From an uncultured Planctomycetaceae bacterium (GTDB lineage Bacteria > Planctomycetota > Planctomycetia > Planctomycetales > Planctomycetaceae): DNA of 20,000 nucleotides. The DNA lies in contig CAXBME010000006.1 of NCBI GenBank assembly GCA_963976765.1, positions 295,470 through 315,469 of the forward strand, written 5' to 3'. Under the pieces are notes generated by a model that was not told the DNA's origin, ran no database searches, and was given only the letters and a program-made list of their open reading frames with translations. Every line of letters starts with the position of its first letter. Position 1 is the first letter of the stretch. The position numbers were made by a program, and so were the translations under genes. Below, one piece after another: positions 16,212-20,000 of this stretch.

Positions 16212-16964
16212 TCAGCAAATCGGCTCTGCACGGGTAACAGTGATCTGTTCCTGTTTTTTGCCGACTCGGCCATTTGTAAACCAGGTAACCGTTCCGCCGC
16301 CATTGGCTGTTGCGGTGGCGACCTTCCTCGCCTCAACAGTCAGCGTGTCAGCGTCGACAACTTCAGTGATCCGTTGCGAACCGCTGACGCACACGCCGCC
16401 GACCTCTTCATCAGGGACCAGGAAAATATGGTGCGGGCCAGTCGATTGCGTCAGGCCGTGGCCAGGGATTGTCAGTGTGACCGTCGCTGAATCTTCTGTC
16501 GTGCTGATCGGATTATTTGCTGTACCAGTGTCTGCACTGGACCAGGCGAGCTCAAACAGCAGTTCTCGGGTCTCATTGCTGTTCGCCAGATCGACCAGGC
16601 GAGTCTCTTCGATCTGCAGGATGAAGGTCAGAACGGTATCAGCGTCGCCGTCGATAATTGTCAGGTCGTTCGCGTTCAGGCCATTTTCCGCGTGACGCAG
16701 CACGATGCCGGTTTTTTTGTCGGCCACCGATACCAGGATCGCGTCGAGCACCGCCACTGATACCCGTTCATCGTTTTCGTCGACCAGTTTTGCCCGGTAA
16801 GCGGGCGTTGTTTCTTCGAAGACTCGATCAGGAATCGTTTCTGCTGAATCAAACAGGATGGCGAGTGGGTACATTCTTAACCCCGTTTCAAGCAGTAAGT
16901 TGTCGCCGGACTCCAGCAGCAGCGGGGAGCCGTCTTCCAGCAGCAAATTGAATGGCATTGTCAA
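16212..16964 (-). CDS. Putative structural protein with LLLE-x-G repeats and phage beta-barrel domain (250 aa)
   Basis: N-terminal LLLEDGSPLLLESGDNLLLETG; NNPISTT..SATVTLTIPGHGL...ITEVVDADTLTV...ATATANGGG resembles a recurrent phage tail domain (often labelled E1 FCCH-like). Confidence 0.65.
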   Translation of the reverse strand: MTMPFNLLLEDGSPLLLESGDNLLLETGLRMYPLAILFDSAETIPDRVFEETTPAYRAKLVDENDERVSVAVLDAILVSVADKKTGIVLRHAENGLNANDLTIIDGDADTVLTFILQIEETRLVDLANSNETRELLFELAWSSADTGTANNPISTTEDSATVTLTIPGHGLTQSTGPHHIFLVPDEEVGGVCVSGSQRITEVVDADTLTVEARKVATATANGGGTVTWFTNGRVGKKQEQITVTRAEPIC

Positions 16965-17590
16965 ACTCTCTCGAATGAGTACCCAAACCGTTGAATGTCG
17001 TCGGCAAATCGGACGCTGACCAGATGGCGGGATCGATCGTCGTACTCCGCACGGTAGTCCGGTCGACTGGCCGTCACGTTCCGTCGCGGCAGTTCGAAGA
17101 ACAGCAATTCAAGTGCATCACAGATGCCGGACCATTCGGACAAAAGGTCTTCCATTCGGACGACGCGAGAAACCATCTGCTCGCCGTGCTCGTCGGCGAG
17201 GTAATGCTGGAACATGCCCGGCCCGTCGGTGCCGTGCGGGCCGCAGATGTCGACGACGAATTCGGCGAAACTCTGCGACTTAGCCCGGATCACCTTGTCA
17301 CGCCAGGTGCCGTATCGTGCATTCGGGACGCCACATCGGCGGCAGTAGTGGTAATCACTGTGGACCTGCTCCCACGGATTCCGGATGACGCCAAATGAAA
17401 AATAGTCACTCCACTCGCGGCCATTCTCCGGTGCGAAGAACTCGCGGCGAATGGTACGAGCCGTGGCGTGCTTGTAGTGCCCGTCCGGATAGACCACGGA
17501 CGCGAACGGCATCAGTGTCTCCGTGATCGATTCGCCGCCGGTCTTCATCAAGTGGACGAAGACGAATTTACGGCTGTCGGAAATCAGCAT
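16961..17590 (-). CDS. Sulfotransferase family 2 (PAPS-dependent, carbohydrate-type) protein
   Basis: MLIS..RKFVFVHLMKTGGESI (5'-PSB), FSFGVIRNPWEQVHS.Y.Y (3'-PB), RMEDL..EW, LPRRN.T, F.DDIQRFGYSF. Start at ATG 17590. Confidence 0.88.
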   Translation of the reverse strand: MLISDSRKFVFVHLMKTGGESITETLMPFASVVYPDGHYKHATARTIRREFFAPENGREWSDYFSFGVIRNPWEQVHSDYHYCRRCGVPNARYGTWRDKVIRAKSQSFAEFVVDICGPHGTDGPGMFQHYLADEHGEQMVSRVVRMEDLLSEWSGICDALELLFFELPRRNVTASRPDYRAEYDDRSRHLVSVRFADDIQRFGYSFERV

Positions 17591-18126
17591 TGGTCCGCCT
17601 TCCAGGCAATTGCCATGCCTTCCCTTTCGGTGACGATCAAACCGAGTTCGGAAACCGCTCGCCGAACGCCGCTGCCCCATCGTTCGTGTGTAAAGTCATG
17701 CAGCACCATCACGCCGGTCAGTCGCGGCAGGATCGGTTTGATTGCATCGATCATCGACTCGTACAGATCACAGTCAGCGAAGGCGAAGCAGATTTGTTCC
17801 GGCAGTTTCTGCGGCATCGTCGACCTGAACCAGCCCTCGTGAATCTTGACGTGTGGCGGGACCGACTCCGTCCCGCATTGCTCACAGATCGCTGATTCCA
17901 GACTCGACCGTGTGGCGGTCATCAGTCCGCCGAATCCGCTCGACGGTGGCAATCCTTCGAAGGAATCGAACAGGTGCAGATTTCGGCTCGTGCTGATCAA
18001 CCAGTGAGCCAGGAGCCGCGACGTACTGCCAGCGTTACAGCCGGCTTCGACAACGTCGCCCGGCAGAATGAGTGACGCGCACAGCAGCCGCTCAATCACC
18101 TGATGTTGTTCCGGAGAAACCATCAT
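17584..18126 (-). CDS. TylF/MycF/NovP-family sugar O-methyltransferase
   Basis: PGDVVEAGC..GSTS, LHLFDSFEGLP, EGWF..TMP, ICFAFADCDLYES, MVLHDF...WGSGVRRAV. Confidence 0.9.
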   Translation of the reverse strand: MMVSPEQHQVIERLLCASLILPGDVVEAGCNAGSTSRLLAHWLISTSRNLHLFDSFEGLPPSSGFGGLMTATRSSLESAICEQCGTESVPPHVKIHEGWFRSTMPQKLPEQICFAFADCDLYESMIDAIKPILPRLTGVMVLHDFTHERWGSGVRRAVSELGLIVTEREGMAIAWKADQC

Positions 18127-19181
18127 TGGAGCGACTCCAGTGCGGTGACGATGCCGCGGCGAAAACTCGACTGACTGAGGAATGATTTGTCAGCCGCTCG
18201 CAGATACTGGTGAGCGGACAAGATCAACGACTCATCGGCGAGCATGTCGGCAATCTGCCGATGGTCGTCATAGTAGAGCGGGTAGTCCGCTCCGAGGTAC
18301 TCAACAACAGCCGGGTGACGATTGACGATCAGCGGCGTGTTTCTCGCAAGACATTCGATCGTCACGTTGTTCGCGGCGGCGTCCAGAACTTCCATGCACA
18401 CGACGGAGCGACTCAGTAGAAAATCGTAGCCAGATGGCTCGATGAAATTGACGTCGAGAATCCGATCGGCTGCGAACTCGCGGCGATCAGAAAACGCTTC
18501 GATGCAGAGTTGCTCGTGCTGCAGGTGATGTGTCTGACGAGGCATCAGCCGCGTGCGGTGTATGGTCGTCTCGACTTGATGAATCAGCCGCACATTGCGG
18601 AGATACCAGCCCACCTGCAACAGTCGCGGCAGTTCGATCCATTCGTCTGGACTCCATTGCATCGCGGGAATTTCGGTCGGGTGCTTCACGACTGCCGTTG
18701 GCACACTCCAGTGCTCCGCGATCCATTCGGCGAGGTAATCGCTCAGACAGATGGCCAGCCTCAGGTGAGACATCGACGCACGGAAGCCACTGTTGAGGTG
18801 CAGACGGTCGATGCGATCTTCCTGCCGAGTCCAGTCCGGTGGGTGAGGCGGGTGATGGAAGATACCCACCCACGGCTGTGTGATCGGTTCCGTGCGACGG
18901 GAGTACACCCACGTTTGCTCGACGAAATCATCGAACAGCAGCTCTGCCCGCGACGAATGCAACGGAGCCAGAGCATCCATCGCAAACGGCCAGCCGCTAC
19001 GGTGATACCCATCACCGATGATCTGCGGCTTCCGCATCAGCTTGACGATGCCCGTTGAGTGCGATCGCTCGGTGTGAGACTCGCAGTACAGGCAGTCGGT
19101 CAACGTGCAGACGCCCTTCACGCGGCAACCGAACAGTTCGGGCGTTGCATGTGGTCGACGATGTTGGCAGGTGTCGGTCAT
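18123..19181 (-). CDS. Glycosyltransferase-like protein (GT-B type) with N-terminal Cys-rich module
   Basis: HRSGW, PWVGIFHHP, ICLSDYLAEWI, VVKHPTE, LLQVGWYLRN, YDFLLSRSVV, ANNVTIECLARNTPLIVNRHPAVVEYLG (parallels the GT4 G...lEAma.G.Pvi......E motif). Confidence 0.72.
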   Translation of the reverse strand: MTDTCQHRRPHATPELFGCRVKGVCTLTDCLYCESHTERSHSTGIVKLMRKPQIIGDGYHRSGWPFAMDALAPLHSSRAELLFDDFVEQTWVYSRRTEPITQPWVGIFHHPPHPPDWTRQEDRIDRLHLNSGFRASMSHLRLAICLSDYLAEWIAEHWSVPTAVVKHPTEIPAMQWSPDEWIELPRLLQVGWYLRNVRLIHQVETTIHRTRLMPRQTHHLQHEQLCIEAFSDRREFAADRILDVNFIEPSGYDFLLSRSVVCMEVLDAAANNVTIECLARNTPLIVNRHPAVVEYLGADYPLYYDDHRQIADMLADESLILSAHQYLRAADKSFLSQSSFRRGIVTALESLQ

Positions 19182-20000
19182 AAGATGATTCGATCGCGTT
19201 GTTTTCCGGATGTCATGACGCGGTTTGCGCCTGAGTTAGCTACCGCAACAAAAACGCCATTCCCATACGTGACGGATTGCCAGTTGTTTGCTTCAGCAGC
19301 CGAGCGTGCCGTCCACGTAATACCATCAGGTGAGGTCATCACGCGGTTCGTGCCATCAAAACTGACGGCGACAAACTGACCATTTCCGTACGTGACGGTT
19401 CGCCAGTTGTTTGCTTCAGCAGCCGATCGGGCCGTCCACGTAATACCATCAGGTGAGGTCATCACACGGTTCGTGCCGGAGTTGCTAACAGCCACGAAGA
19501 GGCCATTTCCGTACGTGACGGTTCGCCAGTTGTTTGCTTCAGCAGCCGAGCGTGCCGTCCACGTAATACCATCAGGTGAGGTCATCACACGGTTCGTGCC
19601 ATCAAGACTCACAGCCACAAACAAGCTGTTGTTGTAACTCACCTCGTACCATTGATTGGCTTCCGCGGCCGAGCGGGCCGTCCACGTGGTTCCATCAGGT
19701 GAGGTCATGACGCGATTCGCGCCATCACTGCTGACAGCCACGAAGAGGCCATTTCCGTATGTGACCGAAAACCATTGATTTGCTTCAGCAGCCGAGCGTG
19801 CCGTCCACGTGGTGCCATTAGGTGAGGTCATCACACGGTTCGTGCCGGAGTTGCTGACAGCCACGAAGAGGCCATTTCCGTACGTGACATGTTGCCAGGT
19901 GTTTGCTTCAGCAGCGCTATGTCCAGTCCAGTTGATGCCGTCCATTGAGGTCATGACGCGATTCGCGCCATCACTGCTGACAGCCACGAAGAGGCCATTT
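19178..20000 (-). CDS. Beta-propeller repeat protein (BNR/Asp-box-like), 3' part; 5' end outside window
   Basis: Frame is open to the window edge (..NGLFVAV..); more than six 41-aa repeats WTARSAAEAN.W..VTYGNGLFVAVS..G.NRVMTSPDG.T. Confidence 0.9.
   Translation of the reverse strand, partial: NGLFVAVSSDGANRVMTSMDGINWTGHSAAEANTWQHVTYGNGLFVAVSNSGTNRVMTSPNGTTWTARSAAEANQWFSVTYGNGLFVAVSSDGANRVMTSPDGTTWTARSAAEANQWYEVSYNNSLFVAVSLDGTNRVMTSPDGITWTARSAAEANNWRTVTYGNGLFVAVSNSGTNRVMTSPDGITWTARSAAEANNWRTVTYGNGQFVAVSFDGTNRVMTSPDGITWTARSAAEANNWQSVTYGNGVFVAVANSGANRVMTSGKQRDRIIL
19212..20000 (-). repeat. 123-bp coding tandem repeat (~6.4 units visible)
   Basis: GGTGAGGTCAT-type anchor recurs near 19329, 19452, 19575, 19698, 19821 and (variant) 19944. 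Confidence 0.93.

Larger units (their letters stand above)
1791..20000. mobile_element. Prophage (left arm) integrated at tRNA-Asp; continues beyond window
   Basis: tRNA 3' fragment keeping its terminator on the host side, a nearby tyrosine-recombinase-like gene, a phage-type replication block (exonuclease, ASCH, initiator, ParB, MTase) and convergent tightly coupled tail-like genes. No capsid or terminase gene is visible in the window. Confidence 0.85.

Noticed and set aside
14510..16695. Long plus-strand ORFs 14510-15334 (274 aa) and 15706-16695 (329 aa)
   Set aside because: Antisense shadows of the coupled minus-strand late genes, with no recognisable motifs.
19178..20000. CRISPR array or DGR template/variable repeat
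   Set aside because: Units are contiguous in-frame 123-bp coding repeats without unique spacers; differences are not adenine-specific and no reverse transcriptase or cas gene is in the window.

Overview
Host-prophage junction in a GC-rich bacterium (gene style suggests Planctomycetota; inference only). Bases 1-~1790 are host DNA: the 3' end of an SGNH/GDSL hydrolase, an ExeA-type AAA ATPase and a tRNA terminator. A 3'-half fragment of tRNA-Asp(GTC) on the minus strand (1791-1837) is read as the att site of an integrated element running off the right edge. A plus-strand early/replication block (2477-11603) holds a tyrosine-recombinase-like gene lacking the box I Arg, a CsrA homolog behind a GGA-rich structured leader, a 5'-3' exonuclease ORF with nested out-of-frame ORFs, an ASCH protein, an iteron-containing replication initiator, ParB and an orphan DNA methyltransferase. 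A minus-strand accessory block (11658-13221) holds hicA, a short hicB, an in-frame HTH gene, an unknown gene and twin palindromic operators. A minus-strand late/tail block (13257-20000) has a glycosyltransferase-like gene, a TylF-type O-methyltransferase and a sulfotransferase translationally coupled between putative virion genes. All calls are from motif recognition by eye; no searches were run.
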